This document shows positions 54,095 through 64,000 of a DNA stretch of 64,000 nt, piece by piece; position 1 is the stretch's first letter, and every line of letters starts with the position of its first letter. Made by a program: the position numbers and the translations under genes. The notes under the pieces are model-generated. The model was given only the letters and a program-made list of their open reading frames with translations, made no database searches and had not been told where the DNA came from. This DNA is from Anaerolineae bacterium (GTDB lineage: Bacteria > Chloroflexota > Anaerolineae > JAAYZQ01), in NCBI GenBank assembly GCA_035341665.1, contig DAOQVR010000002.1, positions 117,626 to 181,625 of the forward strand, written 5' to 3'.

Positions 54095-56077
54095 TCACTG
54101 TCTGCGACTGTTCCGCAGGTGGGGCGGTACCTCAAAGGTGAGCACACCGTCCGGCGCCCGGCAGGCCACCACCGGCTGCCGGGTATCGACCTCGCCCTGC
54201 CCGCTGCCCTCGACCGGCCCGATCTGCCCGGACGCCACCCGGCTCCGGACATACGCCAGCAGCCGGGCCCGACGCTCGGCGCCCAGCGCCTGGTCCGGGT
54301 GGGTCGACCCATCCTGCCGGCCGGTGCCGGGCTTGCGCGCCCAGTGCAGCAGGTTGCCCCGGCTGTCAAAGACCAGCGTTCCGCCGCACAGGAGCGCCGT
54401 CGCCTCCCCGTCCAGCGCGCCGTACTCCGACCCGTGCAGCTCCACGTCCTCGCGCCAGATGTACTGAAGGACAATCTCGCGCGGCAGCCGCATCCCCGAC
54501 TGCTTGTCCCCCTTGTCCGTTTGGTAGAGGTCCGCCACGGAGATGTCGTGCTCGGCGGGGATGCGCAGCGCGGCGCGGTTCCGGTTCAGAAAGAGGTAGG
54601 CGTCGGTGCGCGAGCGCGAGATTGTGTCGATGTCCTCCGCGACGCAGCGCAGCGCCTCTGGCAGCACCGCCTCCGGCAGGGCGATGCCCCGAGCGGCAAA
54701 GACCCTCTCCATCATCGGCCGGAACCGGTCGCGGTCCGCCGGGTCCGCCACCTCGTCCGCCCGCAGCACCGCCCGGCAGTAGTCACCAAAGTCGACGTCC
54801 ACCGGCGGCAGATAGTCCAGCGGCTGCAGCGCCGTCCTGCGGAAGCGGTCCGCCGCCCGGCGCAGCACCCGCTCGATCAGCTGTGGGTCGCTCCCCGCAT
54901 CCTGCTGCGCCGGGGTGTCGCCGCCGACGCTCGTCTCCCGGCGGAGATAGCGCGAAGCCATCCCCTTCAGGATCTGGAACATGGCGCCCGTGAGCACCTG
55001 CGAGCGGTCGTGCGGGCTCAGGCTGCCCGCAACATCCCCGAGGGTCAGGTGCTGCTGTGCGCTGCGCAGGTAGGGTCGGCCGGCCGCCGACCAGCCAAAC
55101 TCCTCCGCCAGAAACGAGAGCGTCCTGTCACGCGACAGGTGCCCGCCCGTCTCCTGGGCAACCTTCCAGCGCACCTGGTTGTTGAGCAACGCCGTCATGA
55201 TCGCCGTCAAGTCCGCCGCGAACTCGTGAAAGGCCGTCGTCTCCAGCGAGCTATCCTCGTGATACAGCGGCCGCATACCGTCGAGGATTGCGTGGCCCGT
55301 CTCGTGGGCAATGATGTCGTGCGACAGGCAGGTGAAGCATCGCCTGTCTGCCCCGTCAAAGTAGTAGAACTGGATCGACTTGCTCTGCCGATCATAGAAG
55401 GCATTGTCCAGGTAGCCGGCGTGGGGCACGACGATCAGGCGGTTGCCCTCAAAGGCCCAGGGGGCGGCGCGCCCCAGCACCCAGGGCTCCTCGTAGAGCT
55501 GTAGGACCGACTGGATGACGGCCCAGGCGTTGACCTGGTGGTACTGCGGCCGCTCGCAGTGCTCGGTCGTAAGGGGCACCTGCTCCGGCCCAGACCGGAA
55601 CATGAAGCGGCAGCGCTGCGCGTCCCACCCCGCCGGATCCTCCAGCCTTCCCTTGTCCGCGTCCCAGTCGACGACAGCGATGCGCGCGCTCGTCGGTCCA
55701 TCCGAGAGCCGCAACAGGCTGGGAGAAAAGTTCAGCAGGCCCAAGGGATCGCTCATGCTCGGGTCCTGGACGTACGCCATCACACGCAGCGTGTCCCCCG
55801 CCTCCGCCTCGGCCGCCGGGATCGGCTTCCCGGCAGCCGCAGGCGATGCTGCGGCCATCGCCCGCTCGACGATTTGGGTCACCGCCTTCCATGGATCCTT
55901 GCCCTCGGCGCGCGCCGGGCCCGGCCTCACCGGCCCGGGCGGCCCGATCGTTGCCATCTCCTTCCACGTGGAGCGCGGGATGGCCTCCGCGACGACCGCC
56001 TCGGGCTCGCTTGAGAAGGAGTCCAGTACCTCCTTCTGCACCCACGTCTTGGCGTCTTCCGGCCTGCCCTCTCTCAC
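54095..56077 (-). CDS. Cytoplasmic thermolysin-like (gluzincin, M4-like core) HExxH protein with N- and C-terminal extensions (660 aa)
   Basis: GTG start after GGGGAGGG. ..LDNAFYD..IQFYYFDG..HDIIAHETGHAILD..(20 aa)..TAFHEFAADL parallels thermolysin NAFW..YGDGDG..VVAHELTHAVTD..INEAISD. No signal peptide. Confidence 0.6.
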   Translation of the reverse strand: MREGRPEDAKTWVQKEVLDSFSSEPEAVVAEAIPRSTWKEMATIGPPGPVRPGPARAEGKDPWKAVTQIVERAMAAASPAAAGKPIPAAEAEAGDTLRVMAYVQDPSMSDPLGLLNFSPSLLRLSDGPTSARIAVVDWDADKGRLEDPAGWDAQRCRFMFRSGPEQVPLTTEHCERPQYHQVNAWAVIQSVLQLYEEPWVLGRAAPWAFEGNRLIVVPHAGYLDNAFYDRQSKSIQFYYFDGADRRCFTCLSHDIIAHETGHAILDGMRPLYHEDSSLETTAFHEFAADLTAIMTALLNNQVRWKVAQETGGHLSRDRTLSFLAEEFGWSAAGRPYLRSAQQHLTLGDVAGSLSPHDRSQVLTGAMFQILKGMASRYLRRETSVGGDTPAQQDAGSDPQLIERVLRRAADRFRRTALQPLDYLPPVDVDFGDYCRAVLRADEVADPADRDRFRPMMERVFAARGIALPEAVLPEALRCVAEDIDTISRSRTDAYLFLNRNRAALRIPAEHDISVADLYQTDKGDKQSGMRLPREIVLQYIWREDVELHGSEYGALDGEATALLCGGTLVFDSRGNLLHWARKPGTGRQDGSTHPDQALGAERRARLLAYVRSRVASGQIGPVEGSGQGEVDTRQPVVACRAPDGVLTFEVPPHLRNSRRQ

Positions 56078-56102
56078 CGTCGTGCCCTCCCCGCCTCGCG
56101 GC

Positions 56103-57107
56103 CTACTCCACCTTGCCGGTGATCCGCTTGGCCGTCCCCTCGATGAAATCCCATAGTGGCCAAGGGCTGCTGCCCAGAAGGAACGAGACCGCTGCCAAGA
56201 TCCGCGGGTCGGAGAGGTCGATGGTGAGCTGGTTGCCGCCTGCCAGCGTGATGCTGAGCGTCGCCAGCGAGAGCAGGAGCACCGCGACGAGGACCAGCAG
56301 CGGCGTGGTCAGAATATGGGCCACGTGCATCACGATCCCCTCTCGGTAGAAGCGGGACGAGCGCAGCCACCAGGCGATGGTGATGATCTTGTGGACCAGG
56401 ACCCCGGCCAGGCCCCACAAGATCACCTCCAGGAAGCGCCAAGCGCCCTGGTCCCAGATCCCGGCCGACTCGTGCGAGGCCGGCAGCACCAGCTGCTCGA
56501 GCGTCGCCAGGCCGGCCAGGACATCGGGCAGGCGGTCCTGGTCGAGTGCCGCGCGAAGCCCCTCCGCCAGCCCAACCACCACCTCGTCGGCCTCGCCCAG
56601 GTCACCACCCTTGACCAGTGCGTCCAGTGTCGACTCGATCTGCGCGATCGTGGCCCGCAGCTCTGCGCTGCCGTCCGGCTGGGCCTCAGCCGCCTGCGCC
56701 TGGGCCTGGTCGACGAGCGCCGGCAGGCCGGCCGCTAGGGGCGACGGCGGGCGCGGGAAGAAGGCATGCAGGGTTATGTAAAGTGCGATGAGGACCCCGA
56801 GCGCAATCAGCATCGCGAGCCAGGTGCGGCGGCCCAGCTTGGCGTCCTCTGTGTCCTGGGCGCGCTCGAGGTAGAGGCGGATGCCGGACTTGTCGTCCGT
56901 GGCAAGGTCGACCTCCTCTCGGCACGGGCGGCTCGACTCGTCGAGTGCGACCAGCACCCACTTGCCGGGATCGAGTGGGATCTCGAAATCGCCGTCGCCG
57001 TTGCTGCTGGTGTGGAGGATGGTGTCGCCTTTGACGGCCTTGACGGAGGCGTACTCGACGCGCTCCTTGCTTCCCTTCCGATAGAGGGTTCCGGACACCT
57101 TGGGCAT
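56103..57107 (-). CDS. Membrane protein: N-terminal carboxypeptidase-regulatory-like beta-sandwich, TM, ~120-aa helical loop, three more TMs
   Basis: ATG after an AAAGGAGA RBS. VSGTLYRKGSKERVEYASVKAVKGDTILHTSSNGDGDFEIPL is CarboxypepD_reg-like. TM segments WLAMLIALGVLIALYITL, FLEVILWGLAGVLV, ILTTPLLVLVAVLLLSLATL. Confidence 0.6.
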   Translation of the reverse strand: MPKVSGTLYRKGSKERVEYASVKAVKGDTILHTSSNGDGDFEIPLDPGKWVLVALDESSRPCREEVDLATDDKSGIRLYLERAQDTEDAKLGRRTWLAMLIALGVLIALYITLHAFFPRPPSPLAAGLPALVDQAQAQAAEAQPDGSAELRATIAQIESTLDALVKGGDLGEADEVVVGLAEGLRAALDQDRLPDVLAGLATLEQLVLPASHESAGIWDQGAWRFLEVILWGLAGVLVHKIITIAWWLRSSRFYREGIVMHVAHILTTPLLVLVAVLLLSLATLSITLAGGNQLTIDLSDPRILAAVSFLLGSSPWPLWDFIEGTAKRITGKVE

Positions 57108-57143
57108 GTTCGTCTCCTTTCTCACCCCGCGATATTAACGTCC

Positions 57144-57172
57144 ATTATACCGCAGTCCGCCGGGCAGGTCAA
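57144..57172 (-). promoter_or_regulatory. Near-consensus sigma70 promoter for the three-gene operon
   Basis: Minus strand TTGACC, 17 nt, TATAAT, about 35 nt upstream of the start codon. Confidence 0.55.
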
Positions 57173-57288
57173 TGGGGTATGTCTGGAGCCGGTCTCCGAC
57201 GAGGAGCGAAAGCCGACGTGCGGCCGGCGGCGATAGGCACTTGGTCCAGGGCTACGACGATGGGCGCCGTTGGCCTGGCTCTGCGTTG

Positions 57289-57366
57289 AGCTGGCGAACT
57301 CTGACACTGTGACACGATTTTTCGGGTACTATCCCGAAATGCCCGAATTTCCAGAAACGACTATCT
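57289..57366 (-). promoter_or_regulatory. Conserved intergenic element, copy 3 of 3
   Basis: Reverse complement GATAGTCGTTTCTGGAAATTCGGGCATTTCGGGATAGTACCCGAAAAATCGTGTCACAGTGTCAGAGTTCGCC, about 84% identical to copy 1. Confidence 0.6.
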
Positions 57367-57591
57367 CAGGGTGGGCGATGCACGGTGGGCGCGTGTGCAA
57401 ACCCACCCCACGACTGCTGTGCCGGGTGAGCCGGGCTGCCCGGGTAGGACCGGGAATGAAAGTTTCGGACAGCCCGGGCCGGGAGACCGAGCGTGCAGGG
57501 CACACGCAGCATGCCCCCACCAGGCACCCAGCTGGTGGTTTGCCCGGGCCATGTGGCTGTGATAGACTTGCGCCGGAAGGAGTGGGACGAT

Positions 57592-58836
57592 ATGCAACCT
57601 CGCCGCATCCACGCTGCCATCCTGCTTGCCATCACCCTTGGGGCGCTGCCCTGCCCGGTGCCCGGCTCGCATGCCGGGGCAGGGAAGGCGCCGGCCGCCC
57701 AGCAGAACGCCTCCGTTTTGGGCGCAACGCGCGTGACGGTCACGGGCCGTCGGCTGCTGGTGAACGGGCAGCCCTTCCAGGTGCGGGGCGTGGGCTATGC
57801 CCCCACCCCGATCGGCGACGATGTCCGGTACGACTGGCCCTATGGCGACTATTTCACGGCCGAGCATGCCGCAATCTACAGCCGCGACCTACCGCTCCTG
57901 AGGGACATGGGGGCGAACACGGTCCGCCTCTGGGGCTGGAAATACGACAGCCCGGAGCATGGTCCCTTCCTCGACGCGGCGCACAACGGCGGCTCGCGCC
58001 CGATCTATGTCATCGTTTCCTACTGGCTCGGCGCCGGGCGCGACATCCACTCCCCAGCGGGCAGGCAGGCGATCGTCGACGAGTTCACACAGATGGTGGC
58101 TATCCACAAGGACCATCCGGCCGTGCTGATGTGGGCTATCGGAAACGAGCTGAATGCAAGCTGGATGTATGGGGACAGCGACGACCTCTTCAGCCTGATC
58201 GACGAGATGGCCGCGGCCGCCCACGCCGAGGAGGGGGAGAGCTACCACCCGGTCACTACGCCGCTGTGCGATGGCCCCAGCCCAACGAGCCTGATCGACA
58301 CGATCGCCGCCCGCGATCCGCAGGTGCCCAACCTGGACGTGTGGAGCGTGCAGGTTTACCGCGGCCCCTCCTTCGGCAGCCTCTTCGTCGACTATGCAGC
58401 CGTGAGTGGAAAGCCGCTAGCCATCACCGAGTATGGTATTGACGCCTACGATATGGCGCATGGGACGGAGTATGAGCTGATCGGCACGCCCTACCAGGCG
58501 ACCTACGCAGAGGCGCTGTGGAAAGAGATCGCCGCCAACCCAGAGGTGTGTGCCGGCGGCGCGATCATGGCCTACAGTGACGAGTGGTGGAAGGGGGCGA
58601 ATGGCGCAGAACCGCCCGGAGGGGGTTGTCCCGAAGGGGACGCCGGGTTCCACAGCGTGTGCGGCTATACCAACCTCGCTCACCCCGATGGCTTTTCCAA
58701 CGAGGAGTGGTGGGGCATTGTGCGACCGGTGAAGAATGGCGACTCGCCGGACATCATGCAGAAGAGGGCGGCCTACCACCGGCTGAGGTCGCTCTGGACG
58801 AGCAGCGTGTATGTTCCGTGCGTGATGAGGCAGTGA
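57592..58836 (+). CDS. Secreted clan GH-A glycoside hydrolase (GH2-TIM/GH5-like)
   Basis: Signal [40 protein letters not shown] (acid/base) and AITEYG (nucleophile). C-terminal tail [10 protein letters not shown]. Confidence 0.7.
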   Translation: MQPRRIHAAILLAITLGALPCPVPGSHAGAGKAPAAQQNASVLGATRVTVTGRRLLVNGQPFQVRGVGYAPTPIGDDVRYDWPYGDYFTAEHAAIYSRDLPLLRDMGANTVRLWGWKYDSPEHGPFLDAAHNGGSRPIYVIVSYWLGAGRDIHSPAGRQAIVDEFTQMVAIHKDHPAVLMWAIGNELNASWMYGDSDDLFSLIDEMAAAAHAEEGESYHPVTTPLCDGPSPTSLIDTIAARDPQVPNLDVWSVQVYRGPSFGSLFVDYAAVSGKPLAITEYGIDAYDMAHGTEYELIGTPYQATYAEALWKEIAANPEVCAGGAIMAYSDEWWKGANGAEPPGGGCPEGDAGFHSVCGYTNLAHPDGFSNEEWWGIVRPVKNGDSPDIMQKRAAYHRLRSLWTSSVYVPCVMRQ

Positions 58837-58948
58837 GGGCGCAACCCACACCCCGCCTCCCCTGCCGGAGCGGGGGAGGCGCAGAGGCCCGGTCGGAGAC
58901 CTTCGCCCATCTAGGGGAGAGGAGAACTGGAAAAGGAGGAAGCAGGCT

Positions 58949-60874
58949 GTGACGAGGACTGCAGCGTATGGCTCGTGGAAGTCGCCGATTACGTCGGACC
59001 TGATCGTGGCGGAGACGATCGGGATCGGCGGGCCCGATTTTGACCGGGACGGCATCACCTGGCGCGAGCTTCGCCCGACAGAGGGCGGGCGTGTGGTGCT
59101 GGTGCGCCGGGCGGCGGGCGGCCCGGTGTCCGACCTGACGCCGGAGGGGTTCAGCGTCCGCACGAGGGTGCACGAGTATGGGGGAGGCGCCCACCTCCAG
59201 GCCGGGGAGACGCTCTTCTTCTCGAACTTTTCCGACCAGCGCCTCTACCGGCAGGACGCGGGGGCCGCACCGCTGCCGATCACGCCGGAGGCGGAGCTGC
59301 GCTACGCCGACGGGGCCTACGACGCGCGGCGGGGGCTCCTCTACTACGTACGCGAAGACCACCGCGGCCCGGACGAGGCAGTCAACACGCTCGTCAAGGT
59401 ACGCTGCGACGGCGACGACGTGGGCGGGAAGGTGATCGTGGAGGGCAACGACTTTTACTCGTCGCCCCGCTTGAGCCCGGACGGATTGCGCCTGGCGTGG
59501 CTGACGTGGCGGCACCCGAACATGCCATGGGACGGCACGGAGCTGTGGGTGGGGGTGCTGGACGCCGCGGGCTGGGTGATGCGCAAGGAGTGCGTGGCGG
59601 GCGGGCCAGGCGAGTCGGTCTTCCAGCCGGAGTGGTCGCCTGGTGGGGTGCTCACCTTTGTCTCAGACCGGAGCGGCTGGTGGAACCTATATCGGCGGCG
59701 CAGCGGCGCCGTCGAGCCCCTCTGCCCGATGAAGGCCGAGTTCGGGGAGCCGCAGTGGAATCTCGGCATGTCCACGTACGCCTACGAGTCGGAGCAGCGG
59801 ATCGTGTGCAGCTATCTACGGCACGGCTTCTCGCACCTAGCGGTGCTCGACACGGAGACGCTGGCGCTGACGGAGGTGCCGGTGGGCTATTCCTACATCA
59901 CCGGCGTGCGGGCCGCGCCGGGGCAGGTTCTCTTTGGTGCGGGCTCGCCGGCCGAGCCCTGGTCGATCGTTCACCTCGAGCTGGCGACCGGCCGGACAGA
60001 GGTGCTGCGCCGGTCAAGCACGGTGACTATCGATCCGGGGTACATCTCGCTCCCGCAGGAGATCGAGTTCCCGGCGGAGGAGGGCCAGGCGGCGTATGGC
60101 TTCTTCTACCCGCCGCGCAACCGCGACTTTGCCGCGCCAGAGGGCGAGCGGCCCCCGCTCTTGGTGATGAGCCACGGCGGACCGACCGGGGCGACGGCGC
60201 CAGTGCTGGACGAGCAGATCCAGTACTGGACCAGCCGCGGAATCGCCGTGGTGGATGTGAACTATGGCGGGAGCACAGGCTACGGCCGCGCCTACCGCGA
60301 GCGGCTGAACGGACAGTGGGGCGTGGTGGACGTGGACGACTGCACGAACGGAGCTCTCTTCCTGGCGCGGCGCGGCGACGTGGACCCGCAGCGGCTGATG
60401 ATCACCGGTGGGAGCGCAGGGGGCTTTACGACGCTCTGTGCGCTCACCTTCCGCGATGCCTTCCGGGCAGGCGCCAGCCATTATGGCATCGGCGACCTGG
60501 AGACCTTTGCCGGGGATACGCACAAGTTCGAGTCGCGATACCTGGACCGGCTGGTCGGGCCCTTCCCGGAGCAGATCGAGCTCTACCGGCAGCGCTCGGC
60601 CATCCGCCACACGGAGCGGCTCTCCTGCCCGCTGATCCTCTTCCAGGGGTCGGATGACAAGGTCGTGCCGCCCAGCCAGTCGCGCCGCATGTACGAGGCG
60701 GTGAAGGCGAAGGGGCTGCCGGTGGCGTACCTGGAGTTTGAGGGCGAGCAGCACGGCTTCCGGAAGGCGGAGAACATCAAGCGCGCGCTGGACGCGGAGC
60801 TCTACTTTTACTCGCGGGTTTTCGGGTTTGCGCTGGCGGAGCCGGTGGAGCCAGTGGAGATCGCGAATTTGTAG
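58949..60874 (+). CDS. S9 family peptidase (prolyl oligopeptidase/dipeptidyl aminopeptidase-like)
   Basis: GTG after AAGGAGGAAG. Beta-propeller N-domain. GGSAGG nucleophile elbow, plus D and H in ..GSDDKVV.. and ..GEQHGF... Confidence 0.85.
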   Translation: MTRTAAYGSWKSPITSDLIVAETIGIGGPDFDRDGITWRELRPTEGGRVVLVRRAAGGPVSDLTPEGFSVRTRVHEYGGGAHLQAGETLFFSNFSDQRLYRQDAGAAPLPITPEAELRYADGAYDARRGLLYYVREDHRGPDEAVNTLVKVRCDGDDVGGKVIVEGNDFYSSPRLSPDGLRLAWLTWRHPNMPWDGTELWVGVLDAAGWVMRKECVAGGPGESVFQPEWSPGGVLTFVSDRSGWWNLYRRRSGAVEPLCPMKAEFGEPQWNLGMSTYAYESEQRIVCSYLRHGFSHLAVLDTETLALTEVPVGYSYITGVRAAPGQVLFGAGSPAEPWSIVHLELATGRTEVLRRSSTVTIDPGYISLPQEIEFPAEEGQAAYGFFYPPRNRDFAAPEGERPPLLVMSHGGPTGATAPVLDEQIQYWTSRGIAVVDVNYGGSTGYGRAYRERLNGQWGVVDVDDCTNGALFLARRGDVDPQRLMITGGSAGGFTTLCALTFRDAFRAGASHYGIGDLETFAGDTHKFESRYLDRLVGPFPEQIELYRQRSAIRHTERLSCPLILFQGSDDKVVPPSQSRRMYEAVKAKGLPVAYLEFEGEQHGFRKAENIKRALDAELYFYSRVFGFALAEPVEPVEIANL

Positions 60875-60881
60875 GGTGGTG

Positions 60882-60903
60882 GGGCGGGTATGGAAACCCG
60901 CCC
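60882..60903. terminator. Hairpin between convergent genes
   Basis: GGGCGGGT-atggaa-ACCCGCCC inside a GTAGGG...CCCTAC context. Confidence 0.45.
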
Positions 60904-60915
60904 TACTAGTGACCG

Positions 60916-62964
60916 CTACCTGAGCTGGACATTCCCAAGGGTAACCTGGTCGCCGAGCGAGGCAAAGGTGCCGTCGGCGTTGAGGCGGTACATGCCGGCC
61001 ACCAGGCGGTAGCGGCCGGCGGGCGAGCCTGCGGGGACCGCCACGACGTGCTCGTCGAGCAGCTTCTCGCCCACGCGCCAGAGGGTCGCGGGGTAGTAGA
61101 CGCCGCCCGGCTGCCGGTCGCTCTGTGCGAGCCGGCTGCCGTCGGGGGCCAGGAGATGCACGTAGGTGTGGTAGGGGCCGTCGAGGACGGCCAGTGCCTC
61201 CCACTGGAGCCCGACGCGCAGGCTCTCGCCGGGGCGCAGCTCGGTGGGCGCGAGATTGTAGCCGGTCAGCCGCACGACACCACCCAGCTGCGCGTCGAGG
61301 GGGAAGGAGGGCTCAACAGCGATGGCGGGCCCCAAGACCCGCCAGAGGGTGCCCTCTGGCTGCACTCTCACCTTGATCTCGACGCCGGGCATCTCCTTGA
61401 TCAGGTAGACCGGCCGGCCGGTGCTCAGGGCCAGGTCGAGCACGTGCCCCAGCGTAGGATGGTCCGGGCTGATGAGGGGAAAGAGGCCAAGTAGGTCGGG
61501 GCGCAGCGGGGTGCCGTCGCCCACGTGCTGAAAGTACCACATGGGCATAATCTCGTCCCGGTTGTCGGTGACGAGGACCGCGCCCTCGGGCAGGGGCTCG
61601 GCGAGGAGGGCGCGCCAGGCAGTCTCCACCTGCGTCGCGCGGCTGAGGTCGAGCACCCCAAAGCGACCCGCGCCGAGGACGACCGGCACCGCCAGCGCCG
61701 ACGCGGCGAGAGCACTGGGCAGAAAGCGCCCGGGGCCGCCGGCCAACCCCGGCAGGCGCCCAACGAGCCGGCCGAGGCAGGCAACACCGGCAGCCGCCCA
61801 GAGGACCACCAACAGGTAGACGGGAATGAAGAGGACGACGATGTCGCCGATGGTATAGAAGAGGTTGAAGGCTGCCAGGGCGAGGAGGGAGAGGCCGGTC
61901 AGGGCCAGGACACGCCGACGCCGGAGGGCCAGCAGGGCCACCAGGCCGGCCAGGGCCAGCGCCAGGACGGCGTAGCCCAGGTCATCGTGCAGGAAGCGCG
62001 CCGCCATCGCCAGACGCGCGCCGAGGTCGATGCCCGGGTCGAGCGAACCGCCGTAGGCACCGCCCAGGACAAAGGCCAGGAAGCCGGCGCAGGTGCCCTC
62101 ATAAAGGTGCAGGGTGCGGCCGGGCGCGAGGGCAAGGTGCAGGTACGGCGTCGCGGGCGCCCGCCAGGGTATGTACAGGTAGAGAAGCAGCGGCGCCAGC
62201 AGCAGCGGCAGCGCCCGCAGCAGCAGCCGGCCGCGGCGAAAGATGCGACGGTCGACCGCCAGGACGTAGGCCAGGACGCCGGGGATGAGGAGCAGGGTCG
62301 TGCGGTGGTGGGCCAGGCCCAGGCCAAAGGTCAGGGCAGCGAGCAGAAGAAGGCCGTCGCCGGGGCGCCTGCCGGAGTGCGTGGCTGGCTCCTCGCCCGC
62401 GGAGTGGCGCTCCCCCCAGGTCAGGAGCAGGTAGAATAGAAGGACAAAAAGGAAGGTATTGAAGCCGTAGACCTCGGCGATGACGGCCTGGGACCAGAAG
62501 GTGGGCGTCACGGCCAGCAGCGCCGAAGCAAGGACGGCGGTGAGTCGCTCGACAAGGAGTGATAGGCCCGGGAGCGACTGCCGGAGCAGCGCACGGGCGG
62601 CCGGGTAGAGGAGGGCCACCGCCAGTGCGGCCCAGAACGCCGAGAAGAGATTCATCCGGTAGGCAACGCTGCCGAAGGGGAGCAGGTGTGACCAAGCCCA
62701 GCCAAGCAGGGAGTAGAGGGGGTAGCCGGTGGGGTGCGGCAAGCCCAGCAGATAGGGGGCGAACTGGAGCTCGCCGGCGTCCCCCTGGAGGACACCGGGA
62801 GCAAGGCAGCGCAAGTAGAGGGCCAGCGCAACGGCGCCGAGCAGGAGGGGGAGGAGCAGGTCGGCCAGGCGCTGAAACGGGGTCTCGCGGGCCGAAGCGC
62901 AGGATGCCCGCCGGCCTTCGGAGCCGTGAATGGCTCCGCCGATCACCTGCCGAGGCGCTCCCAC
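60916..62964 (-). CDS. DUF2723 (TMEM260-like) membrane glycosyltransferase-like protein
   Basis: GDAGELQFAPYLLGLPHPTGYPLYSLLGW signature, about 11 TM helices, C-terminal soluble domain. Confidence 0.8.
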   Translation of the reverse strand: MGAPRQVIGGAIHGSEGRRASCASARETPFQRLADLLLPLLLGAVALALYLRCLAPGVLQGDAGELQFAPYLLGLPHPTGYPLYSLLGWAWSHLLPFGSVAYRMNLFSAFWAALAVALLYPAARALLRQSLPGLSLLVERLTAVLASALLAVTPTFWSQAVIAEVYGFNTFLFVLLFYLLLTWGERHSAGEEPATHSGRRPGDGLLLLAALTFGLGLAHHRTTLLLIPGVLAYVLAVDRRIFRRGRLLLRALPLLLAPLLLYLYIPWRAPATPYLHLALAPGRTLHLYEGTCAGFLAFVLGGAYGGSLDPGIDLGARLAMAARFLHDDLGYAVLALALAGLVALLALRRRRVLALTGLSLLALAAFNLFYTIGDIVVLFIPVYLLVVLWAAAGVACLGRLVGRLPGLAGGPGRFLPSALAASALAVPVVLGAGRFGVLDLSRATQVETAWRALLAEPLPEGAVLVTDNRDEIMPMWYFQHVGDGTPLRPDLLGLFPLISPDHPTLGHVLDLALSTGRPVYLIKEMPGVEIKVRVQPEGTLWRVLGPAIAVEPSFPLDAQLGGVVRLTGYNLAPTELRPGESLRVGLQWEALAVLDGPYHTYVHLLAPDGSRLAQSDRQPGGVYYPATLWRVGEKLLDEHVVAVPAGSPAGRYRLVAGMYRLNADGTFASLGDQVTLGNVQLR

Positions 62965-64000
62965 GTCACCCGGTCCAGTGCCATCGCCAGCGTCCGCCGG
63001 TCGGGGGCGACGCGCAGCCAGCTGCCGCCCGAGGCGTAGGCTTCCAGTCCGGAGCGGCGGGCAGGGTCCTTGACGCCGATGAAGGCGTGCGAGCAGTCGG
63101 CCTTGGGGCCGACTGTGCCTGTGGCGCCTACGCTTAGAAGGGCCTCCGCGACGCCGGTGACCAGGTAGGGAGTCTGGCAGCCCTGCAGCGCGCCGGCGAC
63201 GATGCTGCCCGGCGGGATGCTGCCCATCCAGGCCACCATAGCGGCGGCCTCCCGCTCGCTGCCGGTCTCGGTCAGGTCGAAGGCAGCGCGCTCCAGCAGG
63301 CGGCCGGTGGCGGCATCCAGAACCGCCAGGTTGTAGCCGGGCTCGTGGAGCGAGCCGTCCACGGTGGAGCCGGCCCTCGTGTCACCGATAGTGATGAAGG
63401 CAAAACCGTCCGGCCCGCCGCTGTGCACCTCCACTGCAACCGGCGCCACGACGCCCGTGGCCCCGATCTGCCCGTCACCGGGGATCACGTCGGCGGGTGC
63501 CTCGAGCCGGCCAAAGCGAAAGCGCAGGTCGTTTACACCGGAGTGCACGAGGGCGGCATCGATCTCCCAGGTGTAGGTGAGCCAACCCGGCTGCATCTCC
63601 ACCGACGTCAGCTCCTGCCCGTTGACCGAGAGCGTCACCTCCTGCGGCTCGGCGCCGGGGTAGTCGAGGGGGAGGGCGCTCAGGGAGAGCGAATAGCCGA
63701 CCCCCGCCACGGCCGGCAGGAGAAGGCGGGCACCCTGCGCCTGGGCCCAGTGGGCGCTGTAGCCCTGGATGGTCTCAGGCGTGGACCACCCTTCGCCGAG
63801 GGCCATCGTCCCAACAGGTGTGCCGGAGCCGAGGTCGACGGTGAGGCTCTCGGCCAGGGGCGGCTGCTGAACCTCGTAGAGGAGCCAGCCGTCGCCGTCG
63901 TAGACTTTCTCAACCGGCAGGACCTCCTCCACGTAGGCCACCGCCGCATCGCGGGTGTCGATGTAGGGCGGGCGCCCCGGGATGCCGGGGGCGACCACCA
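62943..64000 (-). CDS. Protein with C-terminal ILEI/FAM3-like domain; N-terminus outside window
   Basis: ORF is open to the window edge. ..NLAVLDAATGRLLERAAFDL..AAAMVAWMGSIPPGSIVAGALQG.. resembles the ILEI domain. Overlaps the DUF2723 start by 22 nt. Confidence 0.55.
   Translation of the reverse strand, partial: VVAPGIPGRPPYIDTRDAAVAYVEEVLPVEKVYDGDGWLLYEVQQPPLAESLTVDLGSGTPVGTMALGEGWSTPETIQGYSAHWAQAQGARLLLPAVAGVGYSLSLSALPLDYPGAEPQEVTLSVNGQELTSVEMQPGWLTYTWEIDAALVHSGVNDLRFRFGRLEAPADVIPGDGQIGATGVVAPVAVEVHSGGPDGFAFITIGDTRAGSTVDGSLHEPGYNLAVLDAATGRLLERAAFDLTETGSEREAAAMVAWMGSIPPGSIVAGALQGCQTPYLVTGVAEALLSVGATGTVGPKADCSHAFIGVKDPARRSGLEAYASGGSWLRVAPDRRTLAMALDRVTWERLGR

Overview
High-GC bacterial chromosomal segment. 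The organism cannot be named from sequence alone. The gene content (DUF2723, PMT_2 and ILEI envelope genes, many Pro/Thr-rich secreted proteins, apparently leaderless promoters) fits a Chloroflexota-like organism, but that is inference. Most of the window is housekeeping: hisS, sdhCDAB, tdk, rplU-rpmA-rpmE, dnaE, add, yedF-selD, seven tRNAs and an ABC-F ATPase. This is interleaved with envelope and secreted-protein genes: a beta-helix protein, a 13-repeat beta-propeller-like protein, a PA14 protein, clan GH-A hydrolases, and GT2, GT39-like and DUF2723 transferases. Six things stand out. (1) An ~80-nt non-coding element occurs three times, each copy pointing at a gene or operon for exported or membrane proteins. 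(2) One copy heads an uncharacterised three-gene operon (multi-TM protein, cytoplasmic thermolysin-like HExxH protein, ComEC-like MBL-fold protein) next to a Dam methylase and a DUF1848 gene. (3) Three secreted proteins share a short C-terminal tail, [FYV][LV]P[LIC]V[LVM]R. (4) A ~2-kb islet at tRNA-Pro is bounded by a decayed copy of the tRNA 3' half. It carries a frameshifted AbiEii-like gene and a DUF4160/DUF2442 pair. (5) selD has an in-frame UGA (selenocysteine) followed by a SECIS-like hairpin, which the ORF track splits. (6) Smaller items include a terminator-like hairpin in the hisS leader, an orphan LysW-like zinc-ribbon gene, a LipM-like ligase beside a non-LipA radical SAM protein, and MITE-like repeats. 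No rRNA, CRISPR array, integrase or transposase was seen. All calls come from manual reading of the sequence and ORF track, with no database search.
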